Positions 27,791 through 40,560 of a DNA stretch of 64,000 nucleotides are shown in pieces. This DNA is from Balanoglossus misakiensis (Eukaryota; Animalia; Hemichordata), in contig CM082581.2 in the NCBI GenBank assembly GCA_040954595.2, positions 9,031,878 to 9,095,877 on the forward strand. The letters are read 5' to 3'. The notes below the pieces were generated by a model that searched no databases, was not told the DNA's origin, and worked only from the letters and a program-made list of their open reading frames with translations. The position numbers were made by a program, and so were the translations under genes. Positions within the stretch are counted from its first letter, which is position 1. Every line of letters begins with the position of its first letter.

Positions 27791-30700
27791 CATTAAAAAC
27801 GTAAACTTTTTTCCTTTTCAATCCCATGAAGAAAAGAAAAAAAACTTAGCAAGTCTGAGTCTTTATTTATTACAGTCCAAATTCGGCCCAAATTCAAATC
27901 ATGTCAAACCGCATGGTCTCATACCACATCACATCCTGAATTGGTTTTGGTTTCTGCACCGGAAGCATTGCGTGAAAAAATGAGCAACCACACGAACAAT
28001 AAAAAAAGTTGGCGGCCGTCTGCTCACTTTGCGCGGGAAGGTGGGTCGCATAAGTGACACCTGTCGCCAGATCTAGACGTCAAGCTCTCTGTGACTTTAA
28101 CACATATTACCAAAGAGATATCGCTGCATTTAATCCCGATTTAATAGAGAGTCAGCAACTGGACACTGCCATTCGCATCATCGTTAAATAATTAAACAGA
28201 TAAACAAATAAATAAATACACAAATAAATCAATAAACAAACAAATGGATATATACTAAATATATGTAAATAATTAAAGTAAGTCGTGCCAAATTCATGTA
28301 TAGTTGGAATAGTTAGCTGGATTGTCCACACAATGATTGACTTAGAAGTTATAAAAATAAGTAAGAAATCCGAAATGTTTAGCTGTGTGTTCCCGAAAGA
28401 CTGTCATCGCCGTAGGGCAGAGACCAATCGCCATTACTCACATTTTCCACAACACTTTCTATAGTAATTATGTGTTTATCCAAGTCAGACAATTACGCTA
28501 AATGCTCCGATCGAGATATGTTCCTGGACTGTTGCGGGAAGGAGGTATTTCGTCGAATTGAGTCGGCGGCGCTGAGCTGAGTCAGAAAGACGATGATGAG
28601 ATGACGACAAGGACGGTGCGTCTTCTGCGCGCATCCCCCCAGACAAAAAATGATGTGACCGGTCGCGGGTAATTCCTTAATTGAAAACTGTTTCGGTGAG
28701 TAAGGAAACTTAGAGGATCAGACAAAATAGCATTTTGTCTTTTTTTCTCCAGTGATTGCTTTTTCTGAAAAGGCACATTAATACTATGGTAATTGACACT
28801 CATAGCTCACGCCATCATTTTTCAAATGTAACGACAAAATGAAAAGTCACCAAACAGTAATAAAGACAGATCCTGACAAATGTCAAACCACGTCACTAAT
28901 CAAACGCGTAACTCAGACAAGAGATTTAAAACAAATATTAACAATCACAGACGGGATATAGCTCTGGGAATAAACAGCAGTTCGGCTAAATCCCGCTCAT
29001 TTTCTTCCGTTGGCCAACGTCTCTGCACAGACTGCGCGGTCTTCGTGGTATAGGGCCGGCGAGTCTGTTGTGTTTTGTGTCTACAATACAACTCAACGGA
29101 ACATCCCTCCGCCCGAACTAATTATTCTTTCTCTTTGACAACCCCAGCCATTAAAACCACGCGCCGGTGTCTCTTTGCCATATTAATATGTTCCACAATA
29201 TATCCCTAAAGCTGTCTGCGCTTAATCCCGCCTAATTTGTGCCTAAACAATGCCGGCAAAACAATCTGCCGCGTCGTTGGTGTCGGCATGCCGTATTCAC
29301 GTAACGCACCGAAAAAAGAAGAAAATCACGGTCGTAAACTTATGCTTATACTCTCATCATAGTCAATAGACACAGGTTCCTTCAACTCACAAACAATAAA
29401 TTCATCAATTCCGAAAGTTGACGGATTAGAGTTTATCATCAAATGCAGGAAATTCAAAATGGCCGCCAAGTCCACCCTGACTCTACCATGGAAATTATTC
29501 AAATTATTTGTCTGAATAAAGCAATCGAAACTTGATGTTTGACAGTCTAGAACATAAGCAAGAATGAAACAGGGTGTAGGGTTTTCATTTTCCAACCTGA
29601 AATATGTCCCTGAAGACACACAAAGCATCAACAGCAATGAGAGACTGACAACCAAACGTGTACACACGTGTAATTTTAACCTGCTCAGCACGGGGTGCAC
29701 ATTCACACCGCTTGGAATTTTTGGAAGCACGCGGCAGGACGTCGAACGACGTGAGCCTAATTTGTGTCTGCCATAATTTTGTCAACAAAGGGTTCGTGGA
29801 CCCAAGCCGGGTGGAAATTTCATTTTCCCACAAAATAAACATTTTCAACATCATGAAATATATATAATGCGGATGTAATTTATCACAGGCGATATGCGGA
29901 AAGTAAGTCTTTCTGACGATATTAAAAAATCTGTGGGCTTTACACTCGCTACTTAGTTCTGATGGAAAAGCTGGTTACTTGGAGGCATGCCCATACATTA
30001 TTTGTATATCTCTCCAAGGTGTTACTTATGTTTAAATTCGATTAGCACGGATGCTTCCCATTTGCAAATTATTGGCCATTTGCTGTCGAGAGGGGACTTT
30101 TGTCGGGGGAGGGGGGGGGGCTGCCATTTTATACGATGATATTCTGCCAGCCAAATCATTTTTGGGGAATTCCATGAGAGTAAGTTTGTGGAGTTCTACA
30201 TTTTAATATATATTCAGCCCTTCACTTCATAACACACAAGAAGGATGCCTCACTCAACAGCTGACAATATCGCTGATAATTATGTGATCGATTTTTATTT
30301 ATTTCTGTGTTGGAACAGATCTTTAACGTCACTGCCACCGCCTGTCATTATAACGCTGCTCTGGCTGTGAAGTCTCATCACTTGCGATCTGTCGAGAATT
30401 CGTACAGACGGAGAGTGGGTGTCTTCTCTTGTTTATTTAAAAGCCGTCTTTATTTAACCGCGTCTTTCAACTTGACAACCCCCAGCTGCAATTGAAGAAA
30501 AAAACGACAGCGCTTCAAGCCGATGTGGTCGGTCAACAGTCGACGTGTTAAACGTCGAGGCAAAAATTTCTTGTGTTTTTTTTTCTACCGAAGAGCACCG
30601 CAGAAAAAAAGCACTAAACACTAGACTCTTGTGTCATATGATAAACGCTCCCCGAAATGTCAAGCGATTTAGACCACGACTAATGAAAGACTGAAAGCCA

Positions 30701-31489
30701 ATATGAACGTTCTCATTTATGCCAGGAAAATTAATCGTCATACTGATGGTAAAGAAGACTAAATTGGGGCCATAAATTTTCCTCATATCTCGCTCGACGC
30801 GCTTATCAGGATGATCAGAAACTACTTTCCCTACAAAGTTTTTTACTGCCCCCAGCTCAGCCAGCCAACCGCCGGCGCCACGCATATGGGCTCGGTAGGA
30901 AATTTATATTTTAAACGCCCTCCCGAGCATTAGGCTAAGCGTCGTAGTAATAAGGGGTAGTACTCAGTTAGTTTGTAGTTTTCGTGCACGATTTGTCCCT
31001 TAAGACTGCCTGCACCTCTGCTTAGAAGAGTTAAGGCTGCCGAGATTTCCCGACAAATGAACTCTTAATAGGCGGTCAAGTCAACTGTTATTTAGTACCG
31101 GTGATGGCTAATAGCAAACACTTAGGTTATATTCCAACTTCGAATTGTAAAACGTTGTCGCTGTTACTGCCTGAACACAGCGTGTTACACAGATTGTTAT
31201 ACTCTCCACTCAGGTGAAGATTACCGACGAAACCGCCAGTTTCCAATTTACCGCCTTTAATTACTGTAGACTTTCCACTGCCTTTAAACATCATGGTATT
31301 TACAGAGATAGAAACCAACGTCATTGTACCGGGAACTTTGACCATTTAGAGTGTAAAAGAATATGTATAATCAACTATTTTCGCGTTATTTGATATATTC
31401 ACATATGAGATACATATATACATTCGTATTAGTTACATTGATACATAGATACATGAATGCAGATGCATATATAGATAGCTAATACGGAC

Positions 31490-31575
31490 ACGCACATATA
31501 CACGTGTACATTACACACACACACACACACACGGACTGACACGCACCTACACAGGTACACAGACAGATACGTCAA
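31490..31575. repeat. (CA)n-rich microsatellite
   Basis: acacacacacacacacac core with degenerate flanks. Confidence 0.8.
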
Positions 31576-34500
31576 TACACAAAGTGATAAAACTTTGACT
31601 TTGACAGCGATATTTGAAATCGTGCTTGTTGTGTTACACCAGTATTTTCCAATAAACATATTATTTATTTCTTCTTCAAAAATGGTCATGCGATTCACTC
31701 TAGGTCTGCCACTGTATATTCAGTTAATCACTTAATTTATTTTAATGCGCTGAATAAGGACGGCAGTGGACACGGCCAGTGAATAGTCGGATTTTTATCA
31801 ATATTTAAAATTTAATTCATTTTTGTTAACGGATGAGTAACAGAAACATATATCTACACGAACAAATGATGCTATTTAGAAGCGCGCGCACGAGAGAGAG
31901 AGACAGACAGAGAGACAGACCGAGACACTGTTACTGAGGCGATCAAACAATTTACAAAAAAGTCACACACGGGATAGAGGAAGGGGAGGAGGAAGAAAGA
32001 AGAGACCCGAACTCCATCCCTGTCTTGTGTTAGATATAAATTCCCTTTACGTCTACAGAACGGCTAGGGATAAGCGCAAATTTGAAAAAATGACTACATT
32101 CAACATCTCAACAAGGATTGATTTACTTGGAAGCTTTCAATCGCAAATGTGTCTTCTGCCAGACAGATGCTTAGAATATCAAAGTTGACGTATTCCATTA
32201 AACTATTAAATGTGCAGTACAAAGCGAAATAATATTAGTCTTGAATTCTGCAATTTAGATTGGATATTGGCGTTTCCAGATTAGCAAATACTGATGAGAA
32301 ACAAAACGATCCAAGAGCAAGATAACGCAGGGGTAATTACCGATTAATATGAGTTTGATATGCAGCCTTTAATAACAGATTCCGGATCGTATCACCCGTG
32401 TTTATTTTACACGAAAAAAAAGATTATTACACTTTAAGCGTATCCGACTATTGCCATGGCAATTTATCGATAAAAATTGTTGATATAAGCGGGCTTATAG
32501 GGCTGATAAATAGAATTCGAATTATAGATCTGTCTCCGGATGGGAATTTGCGAGGGTGGTGCTTTCATTTCACCCCGCCGCTAGTAATCTTCGTCTGCGA
32601 CTTTGTCTCTGCGATCAGCTGAAGAATGGATGTCATCGTGCGCGCTCTTAACGATACATTCCAGTTCATTTCTGTCATGGCCAATTCCCGGGAGATGGCT
32701 TGCACGTTTAACGGGGTTCTGAAGAGGCGCAAGATTACTTTTATAGAAGTAATTTCCTATATTTGCAGCAATTACGATATCACTTCTAAATCCTCCCCAA
32801 CGAGAACATTCAATTCATAATGTGCCAGCCAAATCTGGGAGATCCCGACTGTCGCAATTAACGCTCTTGTTTGGGTCATCCTTTCCATTTGCAGGTGATT
32901 CCTACCTATGCACGTAATGATTCGGAACTGATCTCCATCATATGATAAATCATAGTTGTCCAAGTGAAACCAAAACCTCCAAATCGCCCTACATGAAATT
33001 GCTCTTCAAAATCAACTCCATGCCGACTCTTAGCCTAAATGATACAAGTTACTCCTCTTAGACGTGATTGCTCGGCGATTTGCTGTCGGTGCCGGCTTTT
33101 CTTGCGTTGACCCGGTCTCTGACCCCTGACCTCATAGTCGTCGAAACCAGTCCATCGACTCACCGCAGCCCCAACAACTTCTCTCAGCCGAGGCGAGAGA
33201 TGTCCATTTGACTGTCTCTTGCATGATTCGTCCATTAGTTTGAAGTCTGGCTCCCTTCCATAAATCAAGCAAGGCATACCGTGTGGCCCCGGATGTTATC
33301 CATGCACCAGTTACAAATAGCAGAGCGAAACGCAACCCGTAAGGACTGTATTAAAACCTCGAAAAATAATTATTTGACCGCTGCTAAATACTTAAACCAA
33401 ACTTTTCGTCGGTGGTCGATTAGTGGTAGCTTTATGACAACAAATGCCTCGCCCTATCCTTCTAACTTCTTTTTTACGAGACTGGCTGAATGCTACCTTG
33501 TAAGAAAGAGATATATAAACATCTGCCAACCTTTGTTCGGTTTCCAAGGACAAAGCAATAAAGGTTTGCTGCAAAACTGACGCAGAAAAGCAAAAGAAAG
33601 TCGCACAAACCCATCCAACATACCTAATTAATACCTACCACACCAAACCGTCATATTTCTGAAGGGCATGTTAAAGGAAACGCATATGTTTTTATTTGGG
33701 CCTTAGGGTGTGGTCTCTCAGGTGTAATGCATTCTTGGAAAATTCCTGTTCCTGTGTATTCAAAGATTGTATTCTGTGTTTTTAATATCATCCAATGGGC
33801 ATAAAGATGGTCGGAAGAGCTCTTTGACAGGTTTGTAACATTTGGAAAGAACAACCACTGATTTTACACAATGCAATTAAGTGTTTCTGGGAAACAGGCT
33901 ACTGTGACACAGCACAAGACGTGTAGTACGGAGATTCGGCAGTATCAGTTGAGGGATGGCCACGGCGAAGAGAGGAAACCACACGGGGCTTACCTGACCT
34001 TGAACGGTCCATCGACTGTGCCGATCGTCGGATCGTAAGAATTAAAGTGGCCGAATGATATGACACTTTACATTTTGCTGTTAGTAATTAGAAGCCGGTG
34101 TTCGATTCACGTTACACGAACTATAGTTTAATCTCAAAATAATTCAAATCGTTACGAAAAACCCTGGACCCATTCCTGTCATATTTAACCTCAATATTGC
34201 GTGCATTCAATCTCCGTCCTTATATTTCAAATTAATCAAAAACAAGAGATACCCAGTTTCCTTTATTCCTGGAAACGAAAGTTTCATCAAGCTTTATCTC
34301 AGGTATACGTAAAAACCGCGACGACTGCGCATGTGTAGACAGGGTCGTATCAGATGATCGGCAAAGCTATACAATTTATATAAATAATGGCCATCGACAG
34401 ATCTATTGCATCGGTATAGTATTTTACACTCGCTGTTATCAAATATCTCCAGTGTCTGTTTGTACAGTCAGGAATTATCAATTTGCATCTGGTTACATCT

Positions 34501-37500
34501 ATACGTTCACTGCATCACTGTCGTTGCCAGATGCACTATTGAAACATGCCCAGCAGTCGGATCACGTGACGTGGATGAAAAATTCCCTTCGCCGATAACA
34601 ATGCGTCAGCTCTCTCCCCCTCCCTCTCTCGCCTATAACATAACTTAGAAGTTGTCATTCCTCCCACAGTTATCGCTAAGATAATACCTGCTTTTCGTAA
34701 TTGCTTTGCAACGATCATTACAGCGTTTAATCAACACTATCTTACCGAATTCGCCATATTTCTCTCTTCCCATCGACTGTGTGTAACAGGTCTTAGATTG
34801 CATCTGCGTTTCCGCGCAAGTGCATGGCTACATATCGCCGTATCTGTGTCATACTTCTTTGAAATACATTAGATTTTTCCCCAATCAGAGAATCATCACT
34901 CTTTTAATAATATGGGGGGGGGGGGGATATTTTATCGACGATATGAAACATTTGTCTGGTTTAAGACATAATTGCAAAATTTAATTTTAAGATTTTCAAG
35001 TGCTGTGCAATTTTTTCACTCGTCAAGTCTGCCACACAAACCGTGTGACATCATGGCGGACTTCTTTCACCAAGCTTTTTCAATGCTTTTCAACTTTATT
35101 ATATTCGAAGTGGCTTTCAGAAAAAAAAATATTGACACGCAGTTTGAACTCTCTTTCACTCGAAAATCGTGATGTGTTATTACTCGGAAAATACGAAGCC
35201 GAAATAATGCAAACGTTTGCATGTGATTGTCAGAGATCTTGTCTGTGAGATAATTATGTTTTTTTTTGTAAACAAAACTTTGTTCTTGAGTTTTAACTAT
35301 GTCAAGCGTATGGACGAGGAACTTTTGAGGTACGTTGTCCCTGCCAGCATATGGTCGACCTAAATAGGAATATTGGAAAACGTTCATGAAACCAATCCTA
35401 AGTCGGTCGTTTCTTTGATATTATATCTAGAGAAATGTTTAAGGCTTCAGACTCGCTAGTTCAAAAACTACCGATGTTAGAGATGGCAACTGCGGGCACT
35501 GTTTTATGACGGCGGGGGTATAGAGTTGCACCGTCTTGTCACCTCGTTGATTACTGTGATAAAGGAAGACTGGGAAGTAGACACGATTGCTTCTTGATGG
35601 GAAATAATTGCTCTTGTTGCTGCGAGCGATCTCCTTTAAAAATACGGGGCCCATCTCCCTGATTTCTGGGCCGGGCCCGAGCGCGCCGGCACAGAGCGAG
35701 GTGTGAACGCGGTGGACGATTACAGCCCCCAACAGGGCTTATTACGAAGCCGTAGAGGGCCGCAGAGTCAGCCGTGTTGGATTTGGAACCCGAGTGTTAT
35801 TATAGCCTGCAGACTGGCAGTGATGAAGAAAACCAACAAAGATATTATCCAAATTAGACCCGAGATTGATTTTAACACCCATGTCGTTAAGCCTGCCCAT
35901 TTGACGTAGGTAAAAGTCAATTTAGAAGGATTCCCTGGTTTGAATAGGGTTTCCGTCGAGACCAGGTACACACTGCCTTGTTCATTTTGCCTTGTTAAGA
36001 CGCCAGTTTATTGTTAAGTGGATGTTGCAAATGATCATATTTTCCTCTTTTGTGTTTATTATTCTATTACAGAGAGGCAATCTCCCATAACAGTGGAGAT
36101 TTTCAATTCAGAGCGAGCTTTGCCGAGTGGATGGCTCGGGGCCGTTGGGCTTTCGGCGTCTTTGGCATTCCCGGTTTCTTCACAAATGAAGTCGCCATGC
36201 ATTGTTATAAATAGATCACAAACACATACATAATAGACGCGATCTTTGTCTCGCTGTTGGCATCCCAATCGAATCGCTGTCTTTTGATCTCATGGAAAAA
36301 AGATGCTCATTTCAGTGTAGATTTCTCTAGATTGAAATGGACATGGTAGAAGGCAGTCTATTAAACTCGTAATTTCAGGACGCCCGGCTCATTTTCGCCG
36401 ATGAAAGCCGCGTAAATGATCCCCTATTTAATACACAGGTGTAAATATATAAATTCAATTTGGAAATGTCATTTAGGTATGAACCCGTTTATACGGAGAG
36501 ACAGACTATCAAACAAACATTTGATTGCCTTGACAATTGGTACTAAAATCCGTAAATGGTGGTGTATTGAATATACTAATTGCCTCGCCGTTTTCAGGTA
36601 AAGCACCGGTGTTCATTGAAAAGTCTCAAGTATTTCTTGATAAATTATCACTGTGGTTTAAACAACGGGAATTGAGTTCGCACTTGAGGCGGATATTCCC
36701 CGAACAGATTTGGGAGCTAATTACACGGGGCAGCTGCTGCAATGGGAGACTCCATTCCTAATCATTCTGTTGGTACGTCGTATTGCCATTAACTTCAATT
36801 ATCAAAGTGTGCCCACAAGGCGTAGCCCAGCGATAGGCATCGTTGCCGCTGAAGGAAAGAAAAGGCGCGTAATTACTATCATGAGCCATAAGACGTTATT
36901 TTGTTAACAGTTCTATTAAAGATCCGAGGATCTGTTTTCGCCGTGGTGTATTGTGTGTACACACATCGCTCTTTTTCCTCCCTCGCTCGCTGCTCGGTTC
37001 TGTGTCTCCAAGACAACGGGTGTCCCAGGCAGAAGTCTCGGGAAAAAAGAATGCTGTAATTACAGGCCAAATGAGTCTAGCTCGTCCAGGATGAACCAAA
37101 TCCCGTTTTAATCTGCACGTTCATAAGGCGATCAATATACGAATTAAAAGACTCCCTCACTGTGAGATCAAGTATTCCCCGTACGATGATCGCCATTCAC
37201 CGGGAACGCGACATCCCCCACCGAGACTCGGTCATTTCGGTCCGGTAAAATCTTAGATTAGTCGTCTTCGTTTTGGGGGAGGTATGGCGAGATTTAATTT
37301 TGTTTTGGGTCAGTAAGAATAAGTCTTATTGAACAATGAAATAACGGATCAAGATAAATAAAAACAAAACACAAAAATGCTGCTGTTTTTATATTGGTAT
37401 TGCATCCTTAAAAATCTGCGGATCAGACAATGGATAGAACATGTATCTTTTCCAACTCCCACGACACACCTGATAAAATCTATTCCTGTTGCATGATTTC

Positions 37501-40500
37501 CTCGCTAAATCCCGACTTCGCCGCTGCCAGCTTCGTGACAAAGTGACGATTTCATTAAAGGCAGGTGCCAGAATAATGTGAAACAAATGAAGGTCAATAG
37601 CGGCCGGGGCTGCGTTTGAACCCGTAGATGTGAAAGGGAGTAACCTTGAAAGCACTTATTCCTTCATTATATCATAAGACACACTATTTTTGCGAATTTT
37701 CTAACTCACGGAACTTTTTAACACCCAAAATTCGTGATTCATTTTGGCCACTGCCTGGAACATGTTGACTGTTTCCGACATGTTTTTTATCTTGGCCGAA
37801 ATTGTGAAAAGTGCCGGTTGTCTGCGTGCAGAAGAGAGGCTTTCTTACGCAATAATCCGGATGTGCATAATAGTTTCATCCCCACCTCAGGCTATCACCA
37901 GTCCGGATAATATTTGGCGTTTGAGAAATGTCTCCCGCCCGTGTGGACAGTTGTAGTCAAATTAGCTGCCGTCTGCCCCCTTTTGTTCTTTTGTGTATCT
38001 TTTCAACGAATGCCGATTAAAATCGTTTCTTTACAAGACCGATTCGAAGAAGTCTAAATCACCGCTCAGACAAGCTCGTCTCTCAGAGTTAGTTGTGTCA
38101 ATCGACAGCATCCTATACTCTCCTCATAGATTCCGCAAGACTATCTCCGCGGACGGTAGCTGTCACTACTCTTAGGGGATGTAAATGTAAGTCGGAAGAA
38201 CTTTGCCCTTCCTTTGTTGGTAGCTGGCAAATGGAACCTTTTCAGGTTGTGGGGTTAACAGTCAGGGTTAGGTCTCAAAAGTAAATGAATATTTACAATA
38301 ATTATTATTATTTATATCACAGAATTTCTCTCTATTTCACTCTCCGTGTGCGAAAATACCTACCGTACACCCAAAAACAGCCTTTCGCCGAACACGGTGA
38401 CCCTTGACCCCCTCGATCATGATTAAAAAGTGCATCCTTCAATTTTCGTCATTTCCGCGTAATACGCAAACAATTGGCCGGTATCAAATATTGATGTTTT
38501 ATTATGATAAGAAAATTTTACAGATGGTTACGGCTTCCACGCACTAATGCAGCCTGAAGTCAAAGGAAAATTCAATTCCTCTTAACGACTTTGGCAGTAT
38601 TAGATGACCCAAAAGAAATCCGCTAATAAAAGCGGCACACTTCGAGTCGGTTTTCAAGAGGGCGCGTTTTTCTATGGAATTTCAAGTTCGTTTTAGTAAG
38701 TTATTAGAATCTAGTGAGAAATTATTGGCGACTTGGAACATGTAGCTGAATACACATATTCTAAATATACATATAAGCTTATCTCAAGTAACAAGATATA
38801 TGTTAAAATAAAAAAAAACTACTTTCTCACTAGAAACACAAATAATTTGACCACACAAATTCCGTGTAAAATGTAAGTTTTCAACAAGAAACAAACATCG
38901 GATTAAGGTGTATAGTCAGGCGCAGTGCCGTGTAAACCCCAGAGCAAAACTCAGTCATTACTGGACACTGTAATGATGTTGAAGACATGCTTGGGTTGTC
39001 AGCGCGACTAGTCGAGTCCGTCGTGAATTCTTGGCATTGCATGCAAATGTCCACCGCGGCAGTTATTACAGGCTCACCGCAGCCACTGTGAATGAAAACG
39101 ACCTCGGTGTCCCACGCGTGTGGACGATAAGAGCGCGAGCCCCGGTTTGCGAACAATTCTCACACAGTTTCCGTCGTGAATTGAGAGAGAGACGAACAAT
39201 CCAAGCATTATCGTTATATCTATACCAACTTTCTATTAGAGTTTATGGCGTCTCCACTGATCGTTTTACGAGGTTATTCGCAACGACAATTAGACGGTTA
39301 TTCGTACGTTCAAACGGAACCCCAACAAACGCACCCATAACACGAGATACACATTTAACAACTCTGGAAGACTGTAGGAATTTCTCTGATCCACTTTCGG
39401 GGTGCGGGCGGTAGCACCTGTCACAGTCACCATATTGGTCGCAATAATGACATTCTTTGCGAAAGAAGTCGATTTGCCCATTATCGCTTTTGGTGGGTAT
39501 GTCTCTCTTATAACATGTGTACATACCATTGAGGCTCGAGGCTTCAGAAAACTTAAACGACACCAGATGGAAGTTTTTGGTTGACTTTTTGTGACACCCT
39601 AGAAAACAATGGAGTCGTCTGTCACACACGATTTGCTATCTGATATTTTATTGCAGGTATTTTAAGATTTGTTACAGCCGTGTATCGTGCACAATAGCAG
39701 ATCACCGATGATAGGGATGACGGGACTCGTTTGAAATATGAGGAGGCTTCATCGCGATGGAAATATAATTTTTCTCGCTGATTATTCATTTTCTAGAGAA
39801 TACACAGTCTGACATGTCCCTGAACCGAGACTCCTTATATCAAATGCCAGAAGTGATTGATTCAATCATTTTCCACAAATCATGTCGTTGAAATATCCGT
39901 CTGACGCTGTTCTACACCGCTTCGTATCCTAATCATTTTCAGCGTATTCCCACGTGCAAAACTAAAAATCACCAATTGCACGATCAATTTTCAATCAAGC
40001 GAACGACAAAAAGTGGGTGAAAAGAACTCTTATGCAGGCCATTGAGACATGCGTAGACTTATTTTCCTTGCACAGCCATGGGGAGGTTGATTTTTGACAC
40101 ATTTTGAAAAAAAAGATGACATGACATCGATACGTGTAAAGGTGCTTACGCATCACGATAATTACCCTATGAATAGAAGCATTTCCGTCAACCTGGCTTT
40201 CCTTGTCAGTGTTAATGGACATTCCAAAGTAATCTTTGATGGTTTTATGGCAGTATTCAGGTGACAACACGTCAAAATTTAATTACCTTTACGAGCGTTC
40301 CAATCAACCAGTTAGCGTAAATACATTATGACGTCGATTTGTTTTTCAAAGAAGAGGGATATGCGAATGAAGTCGTGAGGTAAGGAAGAGTGCTAATGAA
40401 TAAAAGTTGCAAAAGAGTCTACGTGAACATGACAAAAGGGAAATAATAAAACGAATCTTTAAAGGGTTGCGGGAAATTTGTATCAGTTTTGAAATTAGTG

Positions 40501-40504
40501 AACG

Positions 40505-40560
40505 CACAAACAGACAGACAGACATACACACACACGCATGCACAGACAGACAAACAGACA
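40505..40560. repeat. (CAGA)/(CA) compound microsatellite
   Basis: cacaaacagacagacagacatacacacacacgcatgcacagacagacaaacagaca. Confidence 0.8.

Noticed and set aside
29326-29730. 134-aa minus-strand ORF upstream of Tlx
   Set aside because: No recognisable domain. It overlaps AAATTCAAAATGGCCGCC, which looks like a YY1-type or interspersed-repeat word rather than coding sequence.
10807-39856. Identical 16-mer CAAATGCCAGAAGTGA at about 10807 and 39841
   Set aside because: About one 16-nt match is expected by chance among all position pairs in 64 kb, and the flanks do not extend convincingly.
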